From a candidate division WOR-3 bacterium (GTDB taxonomy: Bacteria > Hydrothermota > Hydrothermia > LBFQ01), in the NCBI GenBank assembly GCA_039802605.1, contig JBDRWW010000004.1:1-64000 (forward strand): a stretch of 64,000 nucleotides of DNA. The letters are read 5' to 3'. A program made the position numbers and the translations under genes. Shown here in pieces: positions 10,546 to 20,254 of this stretch. The notes beneath the pieces were generated by a model. The model did not search any database. It worked only from the letters and a program-made list of their open reading frames with translations, and was not told where the DNA came from. Numbering within the stretch: position 1 is the first letter of the stretch; each line of letters begins with the position of its first letter.

Positions 10546-11001
10546 TTATCTCATTAAATTACCCTTTGGCGTTTTAACGAACTTGGAAAAGTTGTACCTT
10601 TGAATAATTTCTTCCAATGTTATCTCGCCAAGGATGGAAATTATCTTTAACTGAACGGTATTCCAAACATCCCTTAAAACGCAATCCGTAAGGAAAAAAA
10701 TACACTCCATTTCCTCACCCGGAACGAGACATTTTACCACACCGTATGGCCCCTCTATGGCGTTTATAACATCCAAAAGGCTTATATCTTTGGCAGGCTT
10801 TGCTAAAACATATCCACCCCTCTTACCCCTAAGGCTTTTTATTAAACCCTTCCTCCTAAGCCTTACGAGAATCTGTTCTAAAAAGGCCATAGGAATGCCT
10901 TCCGCCTCGTATATCTGCGTTGAACTCGTGGGTTCGTTAGAAGAGGCTATATGTATGAGGGATTTTAGAGCGTATTCCGTTTTTAAAGTAAATTTTACCA
11001 A
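10546..11001 (-). CDS. Rrf2-family (IscR/CymR/NsrR-like) transcriptional regulator
   Basis: Start re-called at TTG 11001 (MVKFTLKTEYAL); FLEQILVRLRRKGLIKSLRGKRGGYVLAK; three C-terminal Cys. The longer ORF-track start runs through the tRNA. Confidence 0.85.
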   Translation of the reverse strand: MVKFTLKTEYALKSLIHIASSNEPTSSTQIYEAEGIPMAFLEQILVRLRRKGLIKSLRGKRGGYVLAKPAKDISLLDVINAIEGPYGVVKCLVPGEEMECIFFLTDCVLRDVWNTVQLKIISILGEITLEEIIQRYNFSKFVKTPKGNLMR

Positions 11002-11002
11002 G

Positions 11003-11076
11003 AGGTGGCGCGGGGATTTGAACCCCGGAATAGCGGTTTTGCAAACCGCCGCCTTAGTCCGCTTGGCTACGCCACC
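11003..11076 (-). tRNA. tRNA-Cys(GCA), CCA not encoded
   Basis: GGTGGCG/CGCCACC acceptor stem, GCGGT-TTGCAAA-ACCGC anticodon arm, GGTTCAAATCC T-arm, U discriminator. Confidence 0.95.
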
Positions 11077-11114
11077 AAAGTGAGTATTATACACCCGAAA
11101 GGTTTGAGGTTATA

Positions 11115-12422
11115 TTGCGCCTTTACAATCATATCTTGCCGAAACTACTAAAAAACGACTATGTCATATTAACCCTTTTGTTTGTGCTGAGTAGGGTGGT
11201 TTTTTATAAATTTTTACCCTTTGATACATTTTCCCTTATATGGGCATGGCAACTCTTAGACCCCCTTTGGCTTTACAATCTCCCCTTAAAGGATATATTC
11301 ATATACCTCCACATGCAACCTCCACTTTTTAACACATTTACGGCTATTAGTTTAAAAGTATTTGGAGATCCTACCCCCTTTTGGGAGATAACTTTCTTTA
11401 TCTTAGGATTTTTATGCGTTTTAATCGCATACGAAACGGGAAAACTTTTAAAAATCCGAAGGCGTATTCTATTGCCCATACTCGTATTCCTCCTCGTTTT
11501 CAACATAAACTTTATAGTTTATGAGAGATGGTACTTTTACACCTATCCCACGATGTTTTTGTTCCTTTTGTATATTTTTCTGTTTTTAAAAGGCAGGTAT
11601 TTTTTGGCATTTATGGTTTTGGCGCTCTTGATATTCACAAGGGCAACATTCCAAATAATACTTTTCCCCATAATTTGGCTTTTTGCTTTTTTCTTTATGC
11701 GTTCGGGTTTTAAAAGCGTTTTCTTATCCTCATTATTACCTTTTGCTATATCCCTAACCCTTTATTTAAAAAACCTTTTCCTATTCGGTGGGTTCTTTAC
11801 GAGTAGTTGGGGGGGTATGAACCTTTATAGGGGGATTTTGATTACGGGGAAAATTATACCCATTGAAAGGGATTGCAATTTTTTAAAGCCCTTCTCAAAG
11901 GTGAAGGATTACAAGGAGTATTTTTATTACGAGAAAACGGGTATAACAATACTTGACGAGGAAACGGAACCATACACGAAAAGGAACAATTATAACCACA
12001 TAATATACACAAAGGTTAATGACAAATACCTTAAACTTTCCTTTAGCTGCCTTACCAAAGAACCGTATAGGCTTTTAATTATGTTTGGGGTATCCCTTGT
12101 TAGGTTTTTAAAGCCTCCCTTTGAGTATTTGAGGGAATTTTCAAAGAGATTTAAATTCTTTTCGGTTCCTTATATGATTTTAACCCTTCTGTTTGTTCTC
12201 TCCATTTTTTTGCTTTTTGCCGATTGGAAAAACCCCAAAATCGCCTTCACCCTTCTAAACCTCATATATTACATCCTCATAACATCGCTTGACCCCGGCG
12301 AAAACAACCGTTTTAGGATGGTTGTAGAACCCATATTTATCCTATCCTTTGCATACGCTATAAACCGAATAACTTCCTCCAAGTGGAAATCGTCAAGAGC
12401 TCAAAAAGGGTTAAATATGTAA
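11115..12422 (+). CDS. Multi-pass membrane protein, possibly a GT-C-fold glycosyltransferase; start uncertain
   Basis: Many TM segments, YLHMQPPLFN motif, large periplasmic loop, C-terminal ENNRFR. Confidence 0.5.
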   Translation: MRLYNHILPKLLKNDYVILTLLFVLSRVVFYKFLPFDTFSLIWAWQLLDPLWLYNLPLKDIFIYLHMQPPLFNTFTAISLKVFGDPTPFWEITFFILGFLCVLIAYETGKLLKIRRRILLPILVFLLVFNINFIVYERWYFYTYPTMFLFLLYIFLFLKGRYFLAFMVLALLIFTRATFQIILFPIIWLFAFFFMRSGFKSVFLSSLLPFAISLTLYLKNLFLFGGFFTSSWGGMNLYRGILITGKIIPIERDCNFLKPFSKVKDYKEYFYYEKTGITILDEETEPYTKRNNYNHIIYTKVNDKYLKLSFSCLTKEPYRLLIMFGVSLVRFLKPPFEYLREFSKRFKFFSVPYMILTLLFVLSIFLLFADWKNPKIAFTLLNLIYYILITSLDPGENNRFRMVVEPIFILSFAYAINRITSSKWKSSRAQKGLNM

Positions 12423-14112
12423 ATCCCCTACCTTTCAAATTCTCAAAAATTACATACTCAACAAAATGTTTGGGTAGAATCTCCCCTATTAATGGATCGC
12501 TTTTAATATCCCTCACCCTATCCCTTAAAACCCCAGAAATCCATCCCTTAACGGGTGCCCCAAATCCCGCCTTTTTACGATAAATTACCTCCCTTGGTAA
12601 AACCCCCTTTAATGCCCTTTTCAAAATCTTCTTTCCGGAAAACATATCAACCTTTAAGTTTGAAGGGGTTTTTAGCGCCAATTCCAAAAGTTCGTTGCTC
12701 AACATTGGAACCCTTATCTCAAGGCCCACGGCCATAGAAGTTTTATCGGTATATAGCAAATTGTGGTCGGGTAAAAAGTGTTCAATGTCAAAAAGCATAC
12801 AGGAGTTTAACATATCGCCCTTTGGAAACCCATCTATTAAACGCTTAAAAACATCCCCGAAACCCTGATAATAAGACATCCATATCAAATAGTTTAAGGG
12901 GAATGGTCTGGAAGCGGCGGTTTTAAACTTGTTTATATCCCTTGCCAACCTTCCGAGTTTTCCCGATGAAAATGGCAATTCCGGGATATACTTCAAAAAA
13001 GGGAAATTTTTGGCAATTATCAAAGCCCTATACCTCGGATAACCACCCCAGAGTTCATCCCCTCCCGTGCCCGCAAGGGCGACCTTTAACCCCATTTCCC
13101 TCGCCCCCTTTGACAAAAGGTAGTTTGATATTGCGGCACCATCCCCAACGGGTTCTTCAAGGTGATAAACCACCCTTTCAAAATTCTCTTCATTAAACCT
13201 AACCTTTATGGGATGTAAGGAATGCCCGAACCTTTTGGCCACGATCCCCGCAAACCTATACTCGTCCGAAAATATATCCCTTTTTATATCCTCCCCCTCA
13301 AAGACCAAAGAGAATGCCCTTAAAGGCCTTTCGGTAAAGGATGCTATTGCGGATGAGTCCAACCCACCGCTCAGAAAAAGGCCAACCTCAACATCCGCAA
13401 TGAGGTGCATTTTAACGCTTTTTTCCAAAGCGTATTTTATATCATCCGGCTCAACCCTATCCTCGCCCAATTCCGCTTTATAAAATGGGAATACTTTAAC
13501 CTCCCCATCCTCGTATATTAACACATTTCCGGGTGGTAATTTGTATATCCCTTTAAACGCCGTTAAGGGATGGGGGCACCAGAGGAATGTTATGTGGTAT
13601 TTTAAAGCCTCCAAATTGGGGGATTTTTCAACAAAGGGTAGGGTTAAAAGGGGCTTTATTTCCGAAGAAAACGCCAGAATATTGCCCCTTCTCGTCCAAT
13701 AAAGGGGCTTTATCCCAAACCTATCCCTCGCCAACACCAACCTCTTACCATCCCAATAACCGAAGGCAAACATCCCGTTAAACCTTTTTATCCCTTCAAC
13801 CCCATAGACATCCAAAACCTTGAAGACAACTTCCGTATCCGAACGGCTCTTAAACCTTATACCCCTTTCAATTAGCTCCTTTTGCAAATCCAAAAAATTA
13901 TAAACCTCCCCGTTATAAACCAAAGCCCTACCCCCCTCAACCCATGGTTGTTTTCCACCCTCAATATCTATTATAGAAAGCCTACAATGCCCTAATACGA
14001 CCCCTTTATCCGTCCATATCCCCGAATCATCCGGACCCCTATGAGATAAAAGTCTTAAAGGGCGTTCCACATTTAAACCCTCATAATTAACAATTCCAAA
14101 AATCCCACACAT
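12358..14112 (-). CDS. asnB: Asparagine synthase (glutamine-hydrolysing) family amidotransferase
   Basis: N-terminal MCGIFG, HRGPD, YNGEVYN, RDRFGIKPLY, LSGGLDSS, GGDELWGGY. Confidence 0.9.
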   Translation of the reverse strand: MCGIFGIVNYEGLNVERPLRLLSHRGPDDSGIWTDKGVVLGHCRLSIIDIEGGKQPWVEGGRALVYNGEVYNFLDLQKELIERGIRFKSRSDTEVVFKVLDVYGVEGIKRFNGMFAFGYWDGKRLVLARDRFGIKPLYWTRRGNILAFSSEIKPLLTLPFVEKSPNLEALKYHITFLWCPHPLTAFKGIYKLPPGNVLIYEDGEVKVFPFYKAELGEDRVEPDDIKYALEKSVKMHLIADVEVGLFLSGGLDSSAIASFTERPLRAFSLVFEGEDIKRDIFSDEYRFAGIVAKRFGHSLHPIKVRFNEENFERVVYHLEEPVGDGAAISNYLLSKGAREMGLKVALAGTGGDELWGGYPRYRALIIAKNFPFLKYIPELPFSSGKLGRLARDINKFKTAASRPFPLNYLIWMSYYQGFGDVFKRLIDGFPKGDMLNSCMLFDIEHFLPDHNLLYTDKTSMAVGLEIRVPMLSNELLELALKTPSNLKVDMFSGKKILKRALKGVLPREVIYRKKAGFGAPVKGWISGVLRDRVRDIKSDPLIGEILPKHFVEYVIFENLKGRGFTYLTLFELLTISTWRKLFGL

Positions 14113-14798
14113 TACAAACTATCCCCAAAAATATCCCCTAAAATCATCCAATTTACATTTCCCAAATCCGGATTTTCCTTAAACTTTTTCACAAACTTCC
14201 ACTCGTCATACCATCCCCTATACTTAAAATCCTCCCTACCCAAATACTTTGTTAAAAAAGGTGCAACCTCTATTGGCAAAAATGTGTCAGCTTTTTCATC
14301 ATAAACCGCCAACAGTTTCGGATAGGACTTTGCCGCTGGAATGAACTTAACATCAACATATACATGCCAATAATCCCCTATTTTCACCTTTTCAATACTT
14401 TGGATTTCGTAGGATGGGTTTATAACCCTTAAATTCCCGTATATCTCACCAACCTTAAAATTACCCTTAAAAACCGATATTCTAAACCCTTTTTCCCCGT
14501 TATAGTTAAACCTTTCGCTAACCAAAAAGGCTTTTTTAAACTTCTTCTGTTTATCCAGGGTTAAGGCTAAAACATCCGCATAAACGGGGAATTCCCTATC
14601 CCCCAACTTGATAACCAACCTCTTCGGGAATATTAGTGCTGGTATGTATGCACCCTCCCTGACATATTCCGCGGGTATAAACCCAACAACCCTAAACCCA
14701 TCTCCATCTTTAACCACAAACATATTAACATTTAAAGGGGGTTTTTGCGGAAAACAGGAAAAGAGGAAAAGGGACAAGACAAAAAAACGGTTTTTCAC
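14112..14798 (-). CDS. Hypothetical lipoprotein
   Basis: Likely GTG start overlapping the ctaA stop; MKNRFFVLSLFLFSC lipobox. Confidence 0.55.
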   Translation of the reverse strand: MKNRFFVLSLFLFSCFPQKPPLNVNMFVVKDGDGFRVVGFIPAEYVREGAYIPALIFPKRLVIKLGDREFPVYADVLALTLDKQKKFKKAFLVSERFNYNGEKGFRISVFKGNFKVGEIYGNLRVINPSYEIQSIEKVKIGDYWHVYVDVKFIPAAKSYPKLLAVYDEKADTFLPIEVAPFLTKYLGREDFKYRGWYDEWKFVKKFKENPDLGNVNWMILGDIFGDSL

Positions 14799-15598
14799 CT
14801 TACAGATGCCCAAAAGGATATGCCTATTGCCAATAAGGTCAATGCGTAATGCATAGAAACCATTGTTGGACTTAACAGGCTATAAACCGAGAGCATTCCA
14901 AAAGCGATTATCAAAATAATCAGAATGAAAAGGGCGAAATTTACCCTCCTGTTTGATGAATCAAAGAGACCCAATAAGGATACCAACAGTATGAAATAAC
15001 CAAATAGCCTATGGGAGATTTGTAAAACCACATCTCCATTTAAAGGCATTCCCAAACATAGGAATATATCCTGTCCGCAGGAAAAACCCGCATTCGCCTT
15101 CCTTACGGCGGTTCCGAGTAAAACCTGTATAAAAAGCAATGTGAATATCCAGAAAGGGATGGATTTTATTCTTATGGAGAAATTCTCATCTTTGAACTTT
15201 TTCATAACAAAAACGGCTAAAACGAATGTTGATAGTCCAAAAAACGCGTGGGATATGGAAACCCAAAAGGGCATTTTGAGTATTACGGTCAAACCCCCTA
15301 TTAAGATCTGTGCGATCACAAATGCGGATAAAATATAACCAACCTTTGAAAGGAAGGAGCCTTTAAAATCTTTATGAATTATAAATGTCGTTCCGAATAT
15401 GAATATTGCCGTTATAGCGGCCAATGCCCTGTGTATGTATTCAAGTTGCGCTCCCAATTGCTCGGGTGGTAATAAACTCCCATAGCACAAAGGCCAATCC
15501 GGACAACCCAAACAAGCCCCATAAGCCGCAACGGCACTACCAAAAACGAGTAAGGTGTAGGTTAAAACAACCGTTAATAAAACCATTCCCCTTTTCAT
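14795..15598 (-). CDS. ctaA: Heme A synthase (COX15/CtaA)
   Basis: GCPDWPLC, EYIHR, ISH and HRL heme-ligand motifs; about 8 TM segments. Confidence 0.85.
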   Translation of the reverse strand: MKRGMVLLTVVLTYTLLVFGSAVAAYGACLGCPDWPLCYGSLLPPEQLGAQLEYIHRALAAITAIFIFGTTFIIHKDFKGSFLSKVGYILSAFVIAQILIGGLTVILKMPFWVSISHAFFGLSTFVLAVFVMKKFKDENFSIRIKSIPFWIFTLLFIQVLLGTAVRKANAGFSCGQDIFLCLGMPLNGDVVLQISHRLFGYFILLVSLLGLFDSSNRRVNFALFILIILIIAFGMLSVYSLLSPTMVSMHYALTLLAIGISFWASVR

Positions 15599-15626
15599 CG
15601 GTAAAGGGGGTATTCTAAGGCTGTCA

Positions 15627-16850
15627 TTAAGCCTTTAAATATACTATGAATTCCGAACCCTTTCCAACTTCACTTTTAACCTCAATTTTACCACCCAATA
15701 GTTTAACGAATTTTTTAACAATGAACAAACCCAAACCCGTACCCCCCTCCTTTGTGGTAAAGAATGGCTCAAAAATCCTGTTTAAATCCTCCTTATCTAT
15801 ACCCTTACCAAAGTCCCTTATGGATACATACTTATATATTTCCCCATCTTTATGGGATGTTCCGCAGGATATAATTATCTTTCCCTTTATCGGAGAGGCA
15901 TCAATGGCATTTGAAATTAAGTTGTGTAAAATCTCATAAAGTATATCCCTATCCGTCTTCAACTCAAAGTTCTCTGGTATCTCCAACTTTATATCCAAAT
16001 TCCGCGAATTAATCTTGTAGGACAAGTCTTCGCATATTTCTTTAACCATCTCTTCCAATGAAAACTCCGATACTTTCAGAGCGGGTTTTATTACGCTTAA
16101 AACCCTGCTATGAAGCCTTTTTATCCTACCTACGGATTTTTTCAGTTTATCCTTTACGCCTTCATCCTTTACCGTCTCAACCAAAAGGCTTAGAGACATA
16201 AGGGAATTCTTTATATCATGCGATATTAAACTTGAAATAATACCCGCTATTGCAAACCTTTCAAGCTTGGGATCAACCTGCGGCACCTCGGTTAGAATAA
16301 CTATTTTTACCTTTGCAAGGTTGTGGAAGGTATCAACAATTCTAACCTTGTAAGTTCCCGACTTTAATTCCACGGTTTCCCCGTCGTTTAAACCCCTAAA
16401 ATCAACCTCCTCGTTTATCTTTAACGCCCTTTGGTTCATATACAAAACCCTATCCCTACTTATTACCGCTATTGGGTAGGGTATATCGTTAAAAACGGTA
16501 AAATTCCAAACATACTCGGGCTTAAAAATTATGTAGTATTCCGCATTCCCCTTGCTCTCAACGGGTACAACCCGCATTTCCACGGGGATGTGTTCACCCC
16601 GGGCGTTTAAAAGGGAAATCCTTGTACTCGTCGCATTCCAGAGTTTAAATGCCGTATCAACCGATGCCCTGAAAACCCTCCTATGTTGTGGTGATATTAA
16701 CACCTCAACAACCTTACCCTTTAACATATCAACATCATACCCTATATTCTCCGCCCTTTTGTTGACTTCCATTATTTCCAAGGATGAATTTACCTTAAAA
16801 ACGATTTCATCCACAACATCAAGGATTTCCATACCCGTTAAAAGGTTCAT
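15627..16850 (-). CDS. Cytoplasmic PAS-domain sensor histidine kinase
   Basis: N-terminal PAS domain; H-box SHDIKN, N-box NLISNAIDA, DFGKGI, FEPFFTTK, GTGLGL. Confidence 0.9.
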   Translation of the reverse strand: MNLLTGMEILDVVDEIVFKVNSSLEIMEVNKRAENIGYDVDMLKGKVVEVLISPQHRRVFRASVDTAFKLWNATSTRISLLNARGEHIPVEMRVVPVESKGNAEYYIIFKPEYVWNFTVFNDIPYPIAVISRDRVLYMNQRALKINEEVDFRGLNDGETVELKSGTYKVRIVDTFHNLAKVKIVILTEVPQVDPKLERFAIAGIISSLISHDIKNSLMSLSLLVETVKDEGVKDKLKKSVGRIKRLHSRVLSVIKPALKVSEFSLEEMVKEICEDLSYKINSRNLDIKLEIPENFELKTDRDILYEILHNLISNAIDASPIKGKIIISCGTSHKDGEIYKYVSIRDFGKGIDKEDLNRIFEPFFTTKEGGTGLGLFIVKKFVKLLGGKIEVKSEVGKGSEFIVYLKA

Positions 16851-17437
16851 ACCTTTGCCTTTTGCAATACACTCTTCAATACGAGTTTGGATATTAAATC
16901 CAAGGTTTCAAAAACCCCCTTGCCTTGCGAGGCTATGCTTTCAACATAAGGATATCCCTTTTCGTTTAACAACTTGTTCAACTCTTCAACGCTCATAATA
17001 TCCTGTAAATCCCTTTTGTTGTACTGTAACACCAAAGGTATATCGTCTAAACTCAAACCCTGTTCCGCCAAAAACTCCTTCATCTCTTGAAATATAACCT
17101 TGTTCTCCTCCGCGCGGCTTTTTTGAGAATCCGCCACAAAGACTATACCGTCTGCACCCTTTAATACGAGTTTTCTTGAAGTTTTATAAAAGTACTGCCC
17201 GGGTACGGTATATAGGTGAAACCTCACTTTAAAACCACCTCCTATTGGAACCTCAACGGGTAAGAAGTCAAAGAACAATGTCCTTTCACCTTTCGTATCT
17301 ATGGAAACCATTTCGCCCCTATGTTCGGGTTTAATCCTCCTGTGTATAACTATAAGGTTTGTTGTTTTTCCGCTAACCGCGGGTCCGTAATACACGATCT
17401 TTACATTTATTTCCCTCTTGGCTATATCAACGACCAT
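16847..17437 (-). CDS. mglA: MglA-family small Ras-like GTPase
   Basis: KIVYYGPAVSGKTTN, RTLFFDF, LYTVPGQ, QYNKRD. Confidence 0.9.
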   Translation of the reverse strand: MVVDIAKREINVKIVYYGPAVSGKTTNLIVIHRRIKPEHRGEMVSIDTKGERTLFFDFLPVEVPIGGGFKVRFHLYTVPGQYFYKTSRKLVLKGADGIVFVADSQKSRAEENKVIFQEMKEFLAEQGLSLDDIPLVLQYNKRDLQDIMSVEELNKLLNEKGYPYVESIASQGKGVFETLDLISKLVLKSVLQKAKV

Positions 17438-17438
17438 A

Positions 17439-17885
17439 CTACTCCTCCCCTAAGATGTCCTTGAAGGAGAACCCTTCCAGTAGCGAGAGGTCGGAACCGA
17501 GTATTTCCGTAATGTCCTGTTGTTGTGAGAGTATTCCGGCTAAGGCATCGGCGGCTTTTCTAACCTCAACGAGGATAACACCCAAGGGGGCATCGGAGTC
17601 AACGGTTATGGCGATAACACCAACATTGGAAATGCCCACCACTACGAGCATCATTTCTTCGCCGCGCACATATATCTCCCTAAGCTTACCCCCTTTTATC
17701 TCTTGAAGGGTGTGCTCTCCCAAACCCAACAGGGCTGCGGACATGGCACCAAAAGAGGATTCGTTTGTTCCGGGAAACAAATGGGAAGCTATGAGAATCC
17801 CCTCGGAATTTACAACGGCCGCAGATTTAATCTGCGGGTTCTTTTTAACCATTGCCTTTAAAATCTGTTCTACTTGGTTATTCAT
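17439..17885 (-). CDS. mglB: Roadblock/LC7 (MglB-like) protein
   Basis: AAVVNSEGILIAS, GAMSAALLGLGE, LGVILVEVR; adjacent to mglA; SD AGGAGG upstream. Confidence 0.8.
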   Translation of the reverse strand: MNNQVEQILKAMVKKNPQIKSAAVVNSEGILIASHLFPGTNESSFGAMSAALLGLGEHTLQEIKGGKLREIYVRGEEMMLVVVGISNVGVIAITVDSDAPLGVILVEVRKAADALAGILSQQQDITEILGSDLSLLEGFSFKDILGEE

Positions 17886-17909
17886 TTTCTACCTCCTTTA
17901 ACAGGTATT

Positions 17910-19193
17910 TTAAGGTTGCTCAACTTTGTTGGCAAGTAGCATTCCCAACATAACCCCACTATGCGCTCCGGAATAAAAATCCGGATGAACTATTATTTCA
18001 CCCACGGTTGGGATACCGAGGAAGGACAAGCCCAACGCACTCCTCAACGCGGATTTATCCTTATCTATATCATCACCTAAGGCTTGTATCCTCATATGGT
18101 TTTCAAATATTATCATTCCGGCGGAGCTGGCATTTTGTATATACCCCAAGGCTTTTTGAACACCCTTACGGGTACTCTCTATCATCTCTTCAAGGTTTGC
18201 TTCAACAATCCAAACGGTATCGTTTGTGGAAACATCTGTCATTATTCTTAGACCGGATGTATCAAGGGACTGGATTATTGAACCCTTAAACCTACCGGCC
18301 TTTGACGGATCCGCCACGGCCACCTGAAACCTCGAAAGGATCTTTCCCGCTTTAACGGGATCTTTTAATTCGTTTTCGTTATACCCCCTACGCTCAAACA
18401 AACCCCTGAGTATATCAATTACAGGCGTATCGTTCAGCTCCTTGATTACGGAATCCTCCGCGGAGGTTACCTTAAAAGGTATAGTTGGGTGAAATCCATA
18501 AGACAGCAATGTGCCAAACTTGACATCGCTTTCAATTATTAAGAATGCGAAATGGTCGGAATATGTATCGGCGTTATATATTATTGACCAAGGGGAAGGA
18601 TTGAAATCCCCAACAACACCGACAAAAACCGCATCAAATATTTCCGAAACCCTAATCAAAACCCTTGACATCTTTACGGATAACCCCTCTAAAACGTTCG
18701 GTACTATTCCCAGCAGGTAGGTGTATTTCCTCTTTATCTTTAACTCTTCAAACCTTTGGCGGATTTCTTTTACCAATTCATCCTCACCTTTGGCCAGGCC
18801 TTTAATAATAAAAGGGGTAATATCGGCGCTATCCGTTGCCCAAAGGGCAACTCCTACACCCGTATCCGCTATGGTATCCTCGTTGTATATCGTATCGCTA
18901 ACTATTGCGCCTATTATCGGAACGCCTTCTAAGGTTTTCTTTATGGCCTCTAAAACCACCTTTTTATCATAGTTTGCGGTCATAACCACAAAAGCCATTG
19001 AAGGATCTTCCCCGAGTTTTTCCAAAGCCTTATTTATGGCTTGTGAGCCGGCCAAAAACGGTTTTTCTTGGGTTGAAATATATGTTGCAAATCTGCGGCT
19101 TGTTATATTCCCACCACCCTCTATTCTCCTCTCCCTTTCGACGCCACCCCCATGCCTTTCAATCCTCCTTAACCACTGTTCTGAAAAATACAT
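17910..19193 (-). CDS. FIST N/C-domain sensory protein
   Basis: FIST-like pattern (IIGAIVSDTI, GFHPT, VTSAEDSVIKELNDTP, FLGIPTVGEI); start re-called at ATG 19193, 9 nt after TATAAT. Confidence 0.7.
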   Translation of the reverse strand: MYFSEQWLRRIERHGGGVERERRIEGGGNITSRRFATYISTQEKPFLAGSQAINKALEKLGEDPSMAFVVMTANYDKKVVLEAIKKTLEGVPIIGAIVSDTIYNEDTIADTGVGVALWATDSADITPFIIKGLAKGEDELVKEIRQRFEELKIKRKYTYLLGIVPNVLEGLSVKMSRVLIRVSEIFDAVFVGVVGDFNPSPWSIIYNADTYSDHFAFLIIESDVKFGTLLSYGFHPTIPFKVTSAEDSVIKELNDTPVIDILRGLFERRGYNENELKDPVKAGKILSRFQVAVADPSKAGRFKGSIIQSLDTSGLRIMTDVSTNDTVWIVEANLEEMIESTRKGVQKALGYIQNASSAGMIIFENHMRIQALGDDIDKDKSALRSALGLSFLGIPTVGEIIVHPDFYSGAHSGVMLGMLLANKVEQP

Positions 19194-19215
19194 GGTTAAA
19201 ATATTATAAACCCGT

Positions 19216-19665
19216 TCAATTTGTGTGTGGGTAAAAATGTCTAACCATAAGGTATGCGTCCGATCCATCGGAATAAAAACCCCTTAAAACCTTCTCCCTT
19301 ACAAAGTTAAACCTTTCGTATAGCCTTATGGCGGCAACATTATTTGTTTGTACATGCAATTGGATTTCTCCTTTTATGGATTTTAAGGATTCTTCCAATA
19401 AAGCCTTTCCAATACCCTTTCCCCTATGCTCGGGTAAAACCCCTATTAATGTCAATTCCCATAGTTCTTCGTTAAATTTTCTAAAAAAGGCAAATCCAAC
19501 GGGTTTCCCCTCCAATTCCGCCAGAAATACCTTTGAACCCATTTTTATATAACCCAAAACCGACGAATAATGCCACCTTACAAAATCCGGAAATATTTTC
19601 CCGCTCAACTCTTCTACCAATAAAGCACCCGATAGATCGCTTTTCTCCACTATTTTAACCTTCAT
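19216..19665 (-). CDS. GNAT acetyltransferase, RimI-like
   Basis: IGVLPEHRGKGIGKALL, LHVQTNNVAAIRLYERFNF, FYSDGSDAYLM. Confidence 0.85.
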   Translation of the reverse strand: MKVKIVEKSDLSGALLVEELSGKIFPDFVRWHYSSVLGYIKMGSKVFLAELEGKPVGFAFFRKFNEELWELTLIGVLPEHRGKGIGKALLEESLKSIKGEIQLHVQTNNVAAIRLYERFNFVREKVLRGFYSDGSDAYLMVRHFYPHTN

Positions 19666-20227
19666 TTTTCGTTGGAAGTATAACCTCTATGTCCCTTAAA
19701 TGGGTTTTTTTATAACTACCCGTATAATAAAAGTACAAACCCAGTGAAGTTGCTATTGCATCAAGGACATCAACGGGATGGGCCTTCCAATCCAATTTTA
19801 ACGGGTTTATATCCAAATCGGAAATGTACTTATCCAATTTCTTAAACCTAAAATTCAACCCCATAAGGAGTTCGCCGGATGGTATGTTCCCATTGCCATA
19901 TATGGATTGCGAGTATATAGCAAAGGATCTTTTTCTCCTGCGGTTGTTGTAGGCAATAAACCCCTTTAACTCCTCAATGTACATGTTCAATCTCAGTTTG
20001 GGGAGTTTGTATTTGCCAAGTTTTTCCAAATAATGAACATTAAAAGCAAACACCTTTGTGTTGAATTTCTTACATACGGCCGTAATCTCTTCCTTATTTT
20101 CCAAAATACCAACGCTTTGCAAGTGCAACTTCCCATTTTTATAGATTAACACAGAATAAACGGGTTTGCACTTTGTAAAAAATGGCCTAAAATTTAACCC
20201 TATGAATACATCTACGCTTTCATCCAT
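19655..20227 (-). CDS. Hypothetical protein, possibly DUF429/RNase H-like fold
   Basis: N-terminal FIGLNF strand and C-terminal DVLDAIA helix resemble DUF429. Confidence 0.4.
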   Translation of the reverse strand: MDESVDVFIGLNFRPFFTKCKPVYSVLIYKNGKLHLQSVGILENKEEITAVCKKFNTKVFAFNVHYLEKLGKYKLPKLRLNMYIEELKGFIAYNNRRRKRSFAIYSQSIYGNGNIPSGELLMGLNFRFKKLDKYISDLDINPLKLDWKAHPVDVLDAIATSLGLYFYYTGSYKKTHLRDIEVILPTKNEG

Positions 20228-20254
20228 AACCCGTAATTCTAACGGATGGTTGTT

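Noticed and set aside
11002..11094. N-terminal extension of the Rrf2 ORF in the ORF track
   Set aside because: It reads through tRNA-Cys; the family-like N-terminus begins at TTG 11001.
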